DNA of 64,000 nt from Escherichia coli (GTDB lineage Bacteria > Pseudomonadota > Gammaproteobacteria > Enterobacterales > Enterobacteriaceae): NCBI RefSeq assembly GCF_048403405.1, contig NZ_CP183129.1, one strand, 5' to 3'. Shown here one piece after another: positions 1 to 8,332 of the stretch (the stretch's first letter is position 1; the number at the start of each line of letters is the position of its first letter). The position numbers and the translations under genes were made by a program. Under the pieces are notes generated by a model. The model was given only the letters and a program-made list of their open reading frames with translations, ran no database searches and had not been told where the DNA came from.

Positions 1-570
1 CCTGGCAGTACAGGCTTCCCCTCTGACGGGATAGCCTGAAAAAATAACACAGAAAATTATTTGTTATAATTAATATAACTTACTCAAAAAAAAGCGACGA
101 GAAAATCAGCATCAACGAACAATAAGCGCCAATACGTGATAACAAATGGCAGCCATATTTATCTGCAGTATAAGCAATGGACAGGATAACCACTCCAGAA
201 ACCGTCAGCATAAAATCCATTTGAACTTCCCCGGACAAAATCGACTCATCTAAAGATTTACAGCTCTTTTTATTATCAATATGTTAAAAGTAAAATAAAC
301 AGATGTTCAATAACACGAATACAAAAACGTGCTGAAATTCAATGAATCCATTTCTGTGTCATCAATTAATAGTGATAAACATCCGGCTTCTTCCACCATC
401 GCACCGGACAGGCGACTATGAGGGGACAACGCCGCGCTCCGTTAACGCGGTAAACCCCGGTGTGTGTCGTTTTTGATTATCCCCGCACACTCGCGCAGAG
501 GAGTCTCCCTGTCGGGCTGCGGTCTCTGTTAATGCGGGGATACGGCGACAATACCGCGCATCAGCAAAAC

Positions 571-1044
571 CTATTTCAGGCACTGAGTGCGGATATAGTC
601 CTGCGCCCCTTCCAGCTGCTTCTGCATCAGCATCAACCGTTCTCTGAGAGTGAAATAATCCCGTTCAGCGGTGTCTGCCAGTTGGGGGCCGGTTGTATTA
701 TCCACGCGGGCGGTGCCGGTGGCTTCACGCACGGGACCTGGACAGGTGGCGTTGATACGCAGGCGCTTACGACCAGCGGCAACGTCAGCGCGAAGAGTTT
801 CATTTTCAGCTCTCGCATCGGCTAATTCCCTCGAGTATTTTGCATCGAGCGCAGCAACATCGCGCTGGCGCACCTGCATATCAGTAATGGTTGCGTTCGC
901 CAGCTTCAGTTCACTGGCTTTGTTATCGCGCTGCGCTTTGTAGGTAATCGCGTTATCACGGTAATGGTCTGTTGCCATCCACAGCGCTCCACAGGCCACC
1001 AGCAGAATAACGATAAACGCGGAAAGCATTCGGTTTATGTTCAC
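571..1044 (-). CDS. Rz-like i-spanin, last gene of the lysis cassette
   Basis: 157-aa ORF with N-terminal hydrophobic segment and charged/coiled-coil-like periplasmic part; fully contains an out-of-frame lipoprotein ORF (Rz1), the embedded spanin arrangement of lambdoid phages. Confidence 0.8.
   Translation of the reverse strand: MNINRMLSAFIVILLVACGALWMATDHYRDNAITYKAQRDNKASELKLANATITDMQVRQRDVAALDAKYSRELADARAENETLRADVAAGRKRLRINATCPGPVREATGTARVDNTTGPQLADTAERDYFTLRERLMLMQKQLEGAQDYIRTQCLK
633..818 (-). CDS. Rz1-like o-spanin lipoprotein, embedded in Rz in another frame
   Basis: Signal peptide ending in lipobox VSAC followed by proline-rich mature region ([14 protein letters not shown]); lies entirely inside 571..1044. 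Confidence 0.7.
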   Translation of the reverse strand: MRELKMKLFALTLPLVVSACVSTPPVQVPCVKPPAPPAWIIQPAPNWQTPLNGIISLSENG

Positions 1045-1172
1045 CCCAGCAGCCCCGACGAAGACAACATCATCCAGGCCATGGAAAGAAAAAGAGCAAC
1101 CAGCATTAGTGAAAATGAAATGCCGACAATTACACAGAGGATCTTCGCCAGCGTTATGAGTTTGTCTGACAT
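1041..1172 (-). CDS. small hydrophobic membrane peptide (43 aa), function unknown
   Basis: Internal ATG of the 73-aa ORF ([10 protein letters not shown]...); single TM helix; start of Rz overlaps its stop; no recognisable family. Confidence 0.35.
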   Translation of the reverse strand: MSDKLITLAKILCVIVGISFSLMLVALFLSMAWMMLSSSGLLG

Positions 1173-1186
1173 GCTTAATCCTCCCT

Positions 1187-1369
1187 TCACGATTTCAACG
1201 CAATGACCAGTTTTGCCAGCCCATACAGCATCGGGGACACAGCAACACCGACCGCCACCCACTTAATGGCAAAAGCCAGTGCTCTGCTGATGTCATCAGT
1301 TACAGGCGCTTTCAGTTCAAGGCCGTTTTTCATAGTCAACCTCAACAGAATTCGTTTATACTTTTCCAT
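1187..1369 (-). CDS. small membrane-anchored protein (60 aa), possible lysis accessory
   Basis: ATG at 1369 preceded by AGGGAG Shine-Dalgarno; C-terminal hydrophobic helix; sits between endolysin and Rz. Confidence 0.4.
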   Translation of the reverse strand: MEKYKRILLRLTMKNGLELKAPVTDDISRALAFAIKWVAVGVAVSPMLYGLAKLVIALKS

Positions 1370-1403
1370 GTTCTCCCTTGCCTTATCCAAGGTCAGAAAC
1401 ACA

Positions 1404-1436
1404 AAACCCCGCTTGCAGCCAACAAACGGGGTTTTT
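1404..1436. terminator. hairpin with flanking T/A runs between endolysin and downstream small gene
   Basis: aaccccg...cggggtt stem with ttttt on plus strand and T-rich tract on minus strand; large loop, so weak. Confidence 0.3.
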
Positions 1437-1525
1437 ACTTTTATTCACTTAGGTTTTGCCAGTTCTCAGGATTTCGTGTTATCCGTCCGCATTAGCCAAC
1501 GTCATTTTTCAACAAAATATTCTGC

Positions 1526-2059
1526 TTATTTGTCAATTCCCCAGCACGCCAGCGCGCTCTCCTGGTCACGCCGTGAGACCTGTCCATAGCAGTTATTTGA
1601 ACGAATACGGCAGTCTCTGCCACCGTCCTTAATCCACCAGCGAATCGCCTCACATGCTCCCCTGCGATCGCCAGCATTAATTCGTCTGTAAAACGTCGAC
1701 GGGAAACACTTACCGGGACCAATGTTGTACGGACAGAATGACGCGATCCCCGCTTTCTGGGGTTCGGTCAATGGCACTTTGATGTTTTTCTCCACCCATG
1801 CCAGCGCCTTATCACGCTCAATGGCGTTAACCCGGTCGCATTTTTCCTTCGACAACTTCATGCCCGGAACGACAGGTTTGCCATCCACCAGGATGGCACC
1901 GCGGCAGATGGTCCAGATACCCGCGCCATCACGGTATGCCGTGGTGTGGTTACCTTCCTTTTCATCCAGAAACTGGTCGAGAATGTCAGGCGCAGGCGCA
2001 CCAGCGGCAATCAGCGCCAGAACGGCAGCCGACAGGCCGTATCTGATTTTTGCGTTCAT
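1526..2059 (-). CDS. SAR-type phage endolysin (T4-lysozyme-like, GH24)
   Basis: N-terminal weakly hydrophobic Ala/Gly-rich signal-anchor-release segment (LSAAVLALIAAGAPAP) then E-x8-D-x5-T catalytic motif (EGNHTTAYRDGAGIWT); paired with a pinholin upstream. Confidence 0.85.
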   Translation of the reverse strand: MNAKIRYGLSAAVLALIAAGAPAPDILDQFLDEKEGNHTTAYRDGAGIWTICRGAILVDGKPVVPGMKLSKEKCDRVNAIERDKALAWVEKNIKVPLTEPQKAGIASFCPYNIGPGKCFPSTFYRRINAGDRRGACEAIRWWIKDGGRDCRIRSNNCYGQVSRRDQESALACWGIDK

Positions 2060-2164
2060 GGATATTTATCAGGATTTATCGGTTTCTGAGCCCTGGATAT
2101 GTTTATCAGTTCCAGCCTGTTGCCTCAGGCTGCTAACAGGTCAATACAATCATGAGGATTATTT

Positions 2165-2437
2165 ATGGACAATAACACCATTTCTCTACAGGAGTTGCTC
2201 GACAGCATTTCCAGGCTTCGGGAAGACGTGAATACCCTTACCGTCGCCTTCTCATATCTGGCATTCTCAATTCCAAGGGAACAGATGCAATCAACGCTGG
2301 CATCAATCCAGTTTGAATCATGCAATCCCAAATGGTCTCAGGAACAACAAGACTCTTTCAGGCGGCTTGCTGTATTACTGGATGAAAAATATGCTGGTAA
2401 AATTACCATTTCGGCGGACTCTTCAGAGAACCCGTAA
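2165..2437 (+). CDS. hypothetical 90-aa protein encoded antisense to the late operon
   Basis: ATG at 2165 with GAGGA Shine-Dalgarno 6 nt upstream; no TM or signal peptide; 3' end overlaps the convergent 114-aa gene by 35 bp. Confidence 0.45.
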   Translation: MDNNTISLQELLDSISRLREDVNTLTVAFSYLAFSIPREQMQSTLASIQFESCNPKWSQEQQDSFRRLAVLLDEKYAGKITISADSSENP

Positions 2438-2747
2438 TTATTCCCGGTAGTTTTCCTCTGTAGGTTATCAACACATCCTGCGCCTCTAAAATTACGGGGC
2501 GCTTTTCCGGCGACTGCTCATCCCCTTCACATAACCCGGCAGCAACATCCAGGAAGACCTGTCTGATGCTCCTTCTGGCTGCTGCCTCATAAAACTCCAG
2601 CGCGGCACCTTCAACACGGTCCAGCGAGATGTCCAGGTCAAAAATTTCACCGTCAAAGCGTTTTTTGTCCCGTAACGCTAAAGTTACCGTAACTTTATTC
2701 TCAAAATTGCGGATCCCTTTCACAATCAGTTTATAGTTTTGAGTCAT
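2403..2747 (-). CDS. hypothetical 114-aa protein between holin and endolysin
   Basis: ATG 4 nt after the holin stop with GGAGAG Shine-Dalgarno; no recognisable domain. Confidence 0.55.
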   Translation of the reverse strand: MTQNYKLIVKGIRNFENKVTVTLALRDKKRFDGEIFDLDISLDRVEGAALEFYEAAARRSIRQVFLDVAAGLCEGDEQSPEKRPVILEAQDVLITYRGKLPGIITGSLKSPPKW

Positions 2748-2751
2748 TGAA

Positions 2752-2967
2752 TTACTCTCCCCGTGCAGCCTTACGACGGTCCTCTCTGATTTTGAAATAC
2801 AGGTTAGTCAGATATGTCAGCAGCCCAAACAGCAGACTCCCCAGCACGCCTATTGCCGCCCACTGAGACGGGGAAACCCTGTCCAGCAACTGCAGGAACC
2901 AGTAGCCCGTTCCCACCGCTGACGTGGTGTATGACACACCTGTTGTGATTTTTTCCATCTGGTACAT
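2752..2967 (-). CDS. class II pinholin (phage 21 S21-like), dual-start motif
   Basis: [10 protein letters not shown]... two closely spaced Met starts; two TM segments; C-terminus ...[22 protein letters not shown] matches S21 as recalled. Confidence 0.8.
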   Translation of the reverse strand: MYQMEKITTGVSYTTSAVGTGYWFLQLLDRVSPSQWAAIGVLGSLLFGLLTYLTNLYFKIREDRRKAARGE

Positions 2968-3117
2968 ACCCCGTCTCCCGTTATCCGGAAGCTGACAACA
3001 ATAAAAAAAGCCACCAGTTAAGTACTGATGGCTCTGATAACTCATGCAGGCATCTCAGACGACCCACTGACACTACCGGTGAGTTTAACGATACCTTCCA
3101 TTTGGCTGGCTCACTTT

Positions 3118-4971
3118 TTATGATGATGCCGGTGCATTTATCTCCAGCACCAGACTTTCTATCTCAACGCCATACGCTGCATTTTTGGTAATATCCGTCA
3201 GCGTCAGCGCATTCAGCCCCAGTGTCAGACTGTCTTTTATGACCTGGAATGCCGGGCCAGCCACTCCATTCAGTTTCGGAGTAACCGTGGCACTGCCGGC
3301 GGTGAACACCAGCTCCAGCGTCTGCCAGTCGTTACTGTAATTCCCGAACTCGCCCAACTTTGTGTTTCCTGCTTTCTTGTGATGCATCAGATTCAGTTTG
3401 CCGTCTGTGGTCTGGGTGAAGAACGACATCAGGAACGGGTTACCAGTCCCGGTCATCGCCACGACGTCAGGTAACGCTACATCGGTATACAGATAAATTC
3501 CCAGACCGAACTGATTGTTGGTCAGTGCGCCTGACAGTCGAAACTTACAGCTCAGTCTGCCACCCCGTGTCAGCAGGGAGACTGCGTCATCCACCGGGCG
3601 CGTCAGGGACCAGGCTTTATTGCTCTGCTTGGTGATCTTAAATACACCATCTGACAACTGAATTCCGCCATTCTTAATGCTCCAGCCCTGCGCAGCAGCG
3701 TCTCCGGCTGTCGGCAACAGGGAGATTGTGCGTATGGATGCATCTTCAGACGGCCCCGATGGCGTGTCGCCGCCGGGCGAGAGTTTGATTTCCGGTGCCT
3801 TACCACTAATGAAGGCTAAGGTGCGACCGGCTACGTTCAGAATAGCAGTTGCCATACGATCGGGAATAATGCCACGACGCGCCCATGAGCTGAAATGCGT
3901 CGGGCGATTTGATGATACCCAGTTTTTGTTCGTTCGGGATGCCGAACCGTAATAACCAGACCCGACAATATCAGGATCTTCTGACGGGTTGTTTGTCGGT
4001 GTATTAACTCCGCTACCATCGGTCATAAAGGGAACAAAATAAATCTGCTGGGATTCTTTACCTTTATATGCACCATATACCACTTCATATTGCGTACCGT
4101 GTTCTTGTTTCCACGCGTATGTCGTGTCGCCACAAATCCAGGGGACTGATGCCGGACTTCCACCGTGACACTGCGCTGCCAGCCCGGCAAGGTCAGCACG
4201 GAACTGCTGTACCATTGCAAGAAATGCTGCTGGCTGCTGGGCGTAACTGGCATTCGTCATATCGAATTCCCCCTGCATCCAGCATATCGCCAGCAAAACG
4301 TTTTTCGGGTTTTTCTGCAATGCTGCCTTCGTGCGGAAAAGCAGATCCTGATATAACGGCTTACCCACTCCCCAGCGAGCCGAATCCTGACTGGCTCCCG
4401 TGGACTCGCTGAATGTCCCCTCCGTGCCCTGGGTGAATGCCGAACCACCACGACAGCATGGTACCAGCAGGATCCCCGCATTATTAGGGATATACGGAAG
4501 CAGTTTTTTGGCAATATGTAAGCCCTGTCCGACACAGCCGTACTGCCCTTTGCTCAGGTCAGCCCGGGGATGGTTAATCGTACTCATATCCTGAACATCA
4601 TGCAGACAATGGTCAGCAGGAATGATGTCGTTAAATACGCATACTTCACCACCGGGAGTCACTGTGTTACGACGGGCCAGTTGCTTAATGCGCGGATGGG
4701 GCGCATCGTATGAATCCGGAAGCGGAAGCCCTTCACCGTAAGCCATGGCATTGGATTGCCCGGCCAGTACGATGACGTAGTACCACTCCGGCTCAGTTGC
4801 ACCACTGACGACCACATCACCTTCTGCTGCAATCGCCTGCATCAGGGTATAAGGGGTTATGGCCACCGGACTACCAAACGGCTGCCAGCCCTCCTTCAGT
4901 TTTTGTGTCAGTCGTTTCGCAAGGTCTGACGGCGATGCCGCCCTGACCACGTCATAGTGTTTAAATGCCAT
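3118..4971 (-). CDS. nanS: prophage sialate O-acetylesterase (NanS-p-like, SGNH hydrolase)
   Basis: 617-aa protein with GQSN motif (VLAGQSNAMAYG) near N-terminus and long C-terminal beta-rich region; sits between the tRNA cluster and holin as in Stx phages. Confidence 0.75.
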   Translation of the reverse strand: MAFKHYDVVRAASPSDLAKRLTQKLKEGWQPFGSPVAITPYTLMQAIAAEGDVVVSGATEPEWYYVIVLAGQSNAMAYGEGLPLPDSYDAPHPRIKQLARRNTVTPGGEVCVFNDIIPADHCLHDVQDMSTINHPRADLSKGQYGCVGQGLHIAKKLLPYIPNNAGILLVPCCRGGSAFTQGTEGTFSESTGASQDSARWGVGKPLYQDLLFRTKAALQKNPKNVLLAICWMQGEFDMTNASYAQQPAAFLAMVQQFRADLAGLAAQCHGGSPASVPWICGDTTYAWKQEHGTQYEVVYGAYKGKESQQIYFVPFMTDGSGVNTPTNNPSEDPDIVGSGYYGSASRTNKNWVSSNRPTHFSSWARRGIIPDRMATAILNVAGRTLAFISGKAPEIKLSPGGDTPSGPSEDASIRTISLLPTAGDAAAQGWSIKNGGIQLSDGVFKITKQSNKAWSLTRPVDDAVSLLTRGGRLSCKFRLSGALTNNQFGLGIYLYTDVALPDVVAMTGTGNPFLMSFFTQTTDGKLNLMHHKKAGNTKLGEFGNYSNDWQTLELVFTAGSATVTPKLNGVAGPAFQVIKDSLTLGLNALTLTDITKNAAYGVEIESLVLEINAPASS

Positions 4972-5164
4972 GAATCCTCCCGGGCGGGATAATGTTGTGA
5001 GTCAGATAAGGAGCAGGCTGAAGTCCGGAAGTTACAGGACAATGGCAGAAGGGAGACTACAGCCCGCAATTCGAAAAAGACCGCGCAGTTGCGCAGAGTG
5101 ATTACTATGGGGTATTATTCGCCAGCTGAAATATTACTTCACGTTTTATTGTTTATTCCTTGCC

Positions 5165-5193
5165 GCCCGCGTCTCCCAGCGCGGGCTTTTTTT
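5165..5193 (+). terminator. intrinsic terminator oriented for the plus strand
   Basis: gcccgcg / cgcgggc 7-bp stem, 8-nt loop, then ttttttt. Confidence 0.6.
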
Positions 5194-5202
5194 GTCCATA
5201 AG

Positions 5203-5436
5203 AAAGCCCCTCCGGAGAGGGGCTAAAGCCGCGTATCTGTATCATCATGCACATGGTGCCGGGTGCCTCCCGGTGAGTTCAGCCCGGTGCCACTAAACCC
5301 GCGTCATTCTCGTTTTGATAATCAGAGATTATACCGTCACCAGTCGCCCCTCCGCTCAGGGGGATTCACCATGCGAAATTTTTTTAACAAATGCCCAGTC
5401 TGACAGGCAACTGTCAACTTACTGAATTGTGAGCAA
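5203..5436 (-). repeat. copy 1 of a tandem ~220-bp structured element (candidate sRNA unit)
   Basis: Direct repeat of 5690..5904 (roughly three-quarters identity by eye); shares the hairpins agcccctc-cgga-gaggggct and ggtgccgggtgcctcccggtga; on the minus strand the unit ends in hairpin plus T-tract. Confidence 0.6.
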
Positions 5437-5689
5437 CATAGCATTTAACGGGGAACCTGTTTTCTGCAGTAAAAAGGCCCACCGGAGCGGATGGGCCTGG
5501 AAGGATAGCGGTCATGTGATGCCGGTTTCCCGGTAACTCAGCACCGGTATCTGAGTCAACGTTTTCTCTACTGGGTCATTTCCGATACGCCCTGCCTGCT
5601 GACAGGCTTTCATCACATCTGAAAATATAGCACCCTGACTGATACTGTAGTACCTAAGGTTCCAGAAACTGTGATGTATCCGGCACAGA

Positions 5690-5904
5690 AAAGCCCCTCC
5701 GGAGAGGGGCTGGAGAGTGGCGCTATGTGCCATTGCATGGTGCCGGGTGCCTCCCGGTGAATTCAGTACCAGCACCTGAATCCGCGATTATCCCATATAC
5801 CTACTCGCTGATTGCCCCTCCGCACAGGGGGATTCACCATGCCAGTTTCTTTTAACAAACTCCCCGCAAACCAGACAACAGTCAACCGCCTGAATTGTGA
5901 GACA
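5690..5904 (-). repeat. copy 2 of the tandem structured element
   Basis: Same hairpin set and shared segments (gggggattcaccatgc, tgaattgtgag) as copy 1. Confidence 0.6.
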
Positions 5905-5945
5905 TTTAAAAAAAAGCCCGCAAAAGCGAGCCAGGGAAAATAAGT

Positions 5946-6022
5946 GTGGCGCGTTGTACTGGATTCGAACCAGTGACCGATTGCTTAGAAGGCAATTGCT
6001 CTGTCCGGCTGAGCTAACAACG
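5946..6022 (-). tRNA. argO: tRNA-Arg (anticodon UCU), phage argO-like
   Basis: Reverse complement folds as canonical cloverleaf: acceptor GCGTTGT/ACAACGC, anticodon loop CTTCTAA, T-loop TTCGAAT, 3' CCA. Confidence 0.85.
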
Positions 6023-6035
6023 CAGGATACAGATA

Positions 6036-6113
6036 ATGGACCGCCTTCGGGGACCCGAACTCCGCGCAACCAGCTTCGAAGGCTGGCGCTCTTTCCTGAT
6101 GAGCTAATGGCGG
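6036..6113 (-). tRNA. argN: tRNA-Arg-like (anticodon UCG inferred), phage argN-like, possibly degenerate
   Basis: Cloverleaf with anticodon stem CCAGC/GCTGG and loop CTTCGAA, but one acceptor mismatch, one T-stem mismatch and atypical T-loop TTCGGGT. Confidence 0.6.
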
Positions 6114-6120
6114 TATGTGA

Positions 6121-6196
6121 TGGTGGCCCTTGCTGGATTTGAACCAGCGACCTGGCGATTATGAGTCGCTCGCTCTCACCACTGAGCTAAAGGGCC
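6121..6196 (-). tRNA. ileZ: tRNA-Ile2-like (anticodon CAU), phage ileZ-like
   Basis: Reverse complement GGCCCTTTAGCTCAGTGGTGAGAGCG...CTCATAA...TTCAAATCCAGCAAGGGCCACCA closely resembles E. coli ileX as recalled. Confidence 0.85.
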
Positions 6197-6245
6197 GGAA
6201 GCAGAATAATAATGGTGCGTAATTAATTCTGCAATCTCATCCGTT

Positions 6246-6572
6246 TCAAACGATTAAATCCTGAACTTCCCTGACTGTCTGCTCAAAACGTCCGGTCTCC
6301 AGTTCAACGCCAATCGCACGACGCCCGAGCGCCAGTGCCGCTTTTACCGTTGAACCTGAGCCCATAAAAAAATCTGCAACCAGGTCTCCCGGACGACTGC
6401 TTGCGCTGATTATCTGCTGCAGCATTTCTGCCGGTTTTTCGCACGGATGTTTCCCGGGATAGAACTGCACCGGTTTATGCGTCCAGACATCGGTATACGG
6501 CACCTGCGCTGTCACGCCAAAATACCGCCGCAGTCGGCATTCACAACCACAAGCGTGTTTAACGTACTGCAC
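6246..6572 (-). pseudogene. 5'-truncated DNA methyltransferase remnant (C-terminal half only)
   Basis: Carries HPCEKP and FMGSGST motifs but no upstream DPPY-type catalytic motif; in-frame stop 2 codons upstream of the GTG; only ~110 bp to the next gene. Confidence 0.6.
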
Positions 6573-6585
6573 AGCTTTTCAGACA

Positions 6586-6612
6586 TAAAAAGGCCGCCTG
6601 ATAGCAGCCTTT
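6586..6612 (-). terminator. intrinsic terminator downstream of the PP2C gene
   Basis: On minus strand aggctgc-tatcag-gcggcct stem (one G-U pair) followed by ttttt. Confidence 0.5.
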
Positions 6613-6682
6613 TCACATTAAAATTAAGTTTTTCTTTACTCTGTAGTATGGGAAATTAGCATTCCCTACTGGGTTTATACAA

Positions 6683-7426
6683 CTAATCTGACGTCACACG
6701 CACCATTATACTTACTAAAGAAAAGTCATCATCAGGTCCGGCTCTCTCTATACGACGCAAAATACCATTAGAAAACTTCTGACTATTACTCATAGTATTT
6801 GATGTAAATCTGGGGCGTTTTTCCCAAACGTTATGAACTCCATCAGACATGATACACAGATGATACAACCCGTTAATACCAGGCAAATCTTTCCACGGGA
6901 TAAAATCACAGTCGTATTCCATATCAACATTTGAGGCTATGGCAGTCGTTAAGATATTTTTTCCCGGTTTATTCTTCAAATCTCTGGGTTTAAAAATATT
7001 CTGATCAATTAACATCTGATGTCTGGTATCGTCCTTCGTCAATTGATATGCTTTCTTTTCTCCAATGCAATACAAGCGACAATCACCAATATGACCAATA
7101 ATAATTCCGCTATCACAAACATAACAAAAGGTAAGTGTAGTAGCAGCTTTATCGAACTCATCATTAACTTCAGCTAACGACATAACTTTTCGCTTAACTT
7201 CAGCAAATACATTCGGAACTGCATCAAAAGATAAACTTGTCAATGCTGAAAGTTCAGCGATTGCCATGGATGAAGCATAACTGGCACCAGAGTATGAACC
7301 TACACCATCAGCTACGGCAAATAAGATGCCGTCTCCTACAATTTTTGGAGGAAGCAATGAATCTTCGTTGACCCTACCTGGTTCTTTTGGATACGAGAAT
7401 GATGAAGTCGCTATCAGCTGAATCAT
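6683..7426 (-). CDS. PP2C-family (PPM) Ser/Thr protein phosphatase
   Basis: Motifs NEDS, FAVADGVGS, GHIGDCR, MSDGV in PP2C order; ATG with AAGGAG Shine-Dalgarno; 103 bp downstream of the kinase gene. Confidence 0.8.
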   Translation of the reverse strand: MIQLIATSSFSYPKEPGRVNEDSLLPPKIVGDGILFAVADGVGSYSGASYASSMAIAELSALTSLSFDAVPNVFAEVKRKVMSLAEVNDEFDKAATTLTFCYVCDSGIIIGHIGDCRLYCIGEKKAYQLTKDDTRHQMLIDQNIFKPRDLKNKPGKNILTTAIASNVDMEYDCDFIPWKDLPGINGLYHLCIMSDGVHNVWEKRPRFTSNTMSNSQKFSNGILRRIERAGPDDDFSLVSIMVRVTSD

Positions 7427-7529
7427 GACTCACTCCTTAAAAAAGAATGCGCAAAATCAAACGCCACATCATCTATTGTCTGATATCTATCATCTTTATC
7501 CATCCTTGTGCACTTAGCTATGATAGGCT

Positions 7530-8186
7530 TTATTTTTTATCATCTAAATTTAAGTCTTCAATTAACCGTCCCACAGCATAAACATCAGTCTTAACTGAAT
7601 ACTCTGCATTATATAAAATCTCGGGAGCCATATATCTTGTACTTCCCATACGGGTACCGATCTCGGTCAATTTAGTGGTATCCCCTTCGGGATTCGTATC
7701 TTTTACCAGACCAAAATCAGACACCTTGTATGTTCCGTCGCTAAATCGCAAAACATTAAAGGGTTTTATATCTCTGTGTAAATAGCCTTTGGCATGGATG
7801 TAAGCTACACCATCTAATACCATTTTCACTATTGAAATTTTTTGATCTGTTGTAAGAAGGTTGTTCGTTATTTCGTGCTCAAGATCACATTCTGCTTTAT
7901 CCATAATGAACCATGGATTCTCAACAAACAAATCGCACAAATAAATAGGAACAATATTGCTATGTACGCAATGTGATTGATACACAACCTCCCTTTTAAA
8001 ACGCCTTCTAAACTGCTCTATTTGCGCCAAAAGCTCTGGTTTTTCGGGTGCTAAAACCTTTCTAGCATAATCCCCGCATTCACCTTTATTGAGGTTGTAA
8101 ACCTTAACGTGTTCAACAAAGCCAAATGCCCCTCTTCCAATCAACTGAATTCGTTTTATAAAGTAATTACCGTGCTGTTCTTCCAT
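7530..8186 (-). CDS. Hanks-type (eukaryotic-like) Ser/Thr protein kinase
   Basis: Gly-rich loop GRGAFGFV, catalytic loop HRDIKPFN, DFG (VSDFGLV) and APE (YMAPEIL) motifs; start taken at internal ATG 8186 because the ORF's TTG start lies inside the upstream terminator hairpin. Confidence 0.8.
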   Translation of the reverse strand: MEEQHGNYFIKRIQLIGRGAFGFVEHVKVYNLNKGECGDYARKVLAPEKPELLAQIEQFRRRFKREVVYQSHCVHSNIVPIYLCDLFVENPWFIMDKAECDLEHEITNNLLTTDQKISIVKMVLDGVAYIHAKGYLHRDIKPFNVLRFSDGTYKVSDFGLVKDTNPEGDTTKLTEIGTRMGSTRYMAPEILYNAEYSVKTDVYAVGRLIEDLNLDDKK

Positions 8187-8258
8187 TAAGCTCACCGACC
8201 TAAATTGTAACAATATCCATATATTACAACTACAGATAAAAAGGTCCACAGAGTTAAG

Positions 8259-8287
8259 CAAAAAACCCGCACATTTGAGCGGGTTTA
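8259..8287 (-). terminator. intrinsic terminator immediately after the Q-like gene (tR'-like)
   Basis: Minus strand aaacccgc-tcaaatgt-gcgggtttttt. Confidence 0.6.
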
Positions 8288-8332
8288 TACACTTTACAGC
8301 AATATATCACATTTACATAAAATATATGCTAT

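Noticed and set aside
460-943. Plus-strand ORFs of 121 and 90 aa
   Set aside because: Antisense within Rz/Rz1; no start signals; Rz/Rz1 on the minus strand have diagnostic features.
3603-4594. Several 60-114-aa ORFs on both strands
   Set aside because: All nested within or antisense to nanS.
4972-5945. Possible Shiga toxin genes between the phage tRNAs and nanS
   Set aside because: No ORFs of stxA or stxB size on either strand; the region consists of hairpins and tandem repeats. The only 87-aa ORF (5512..5775) lacks a ribosome-binding site or signal peptide.
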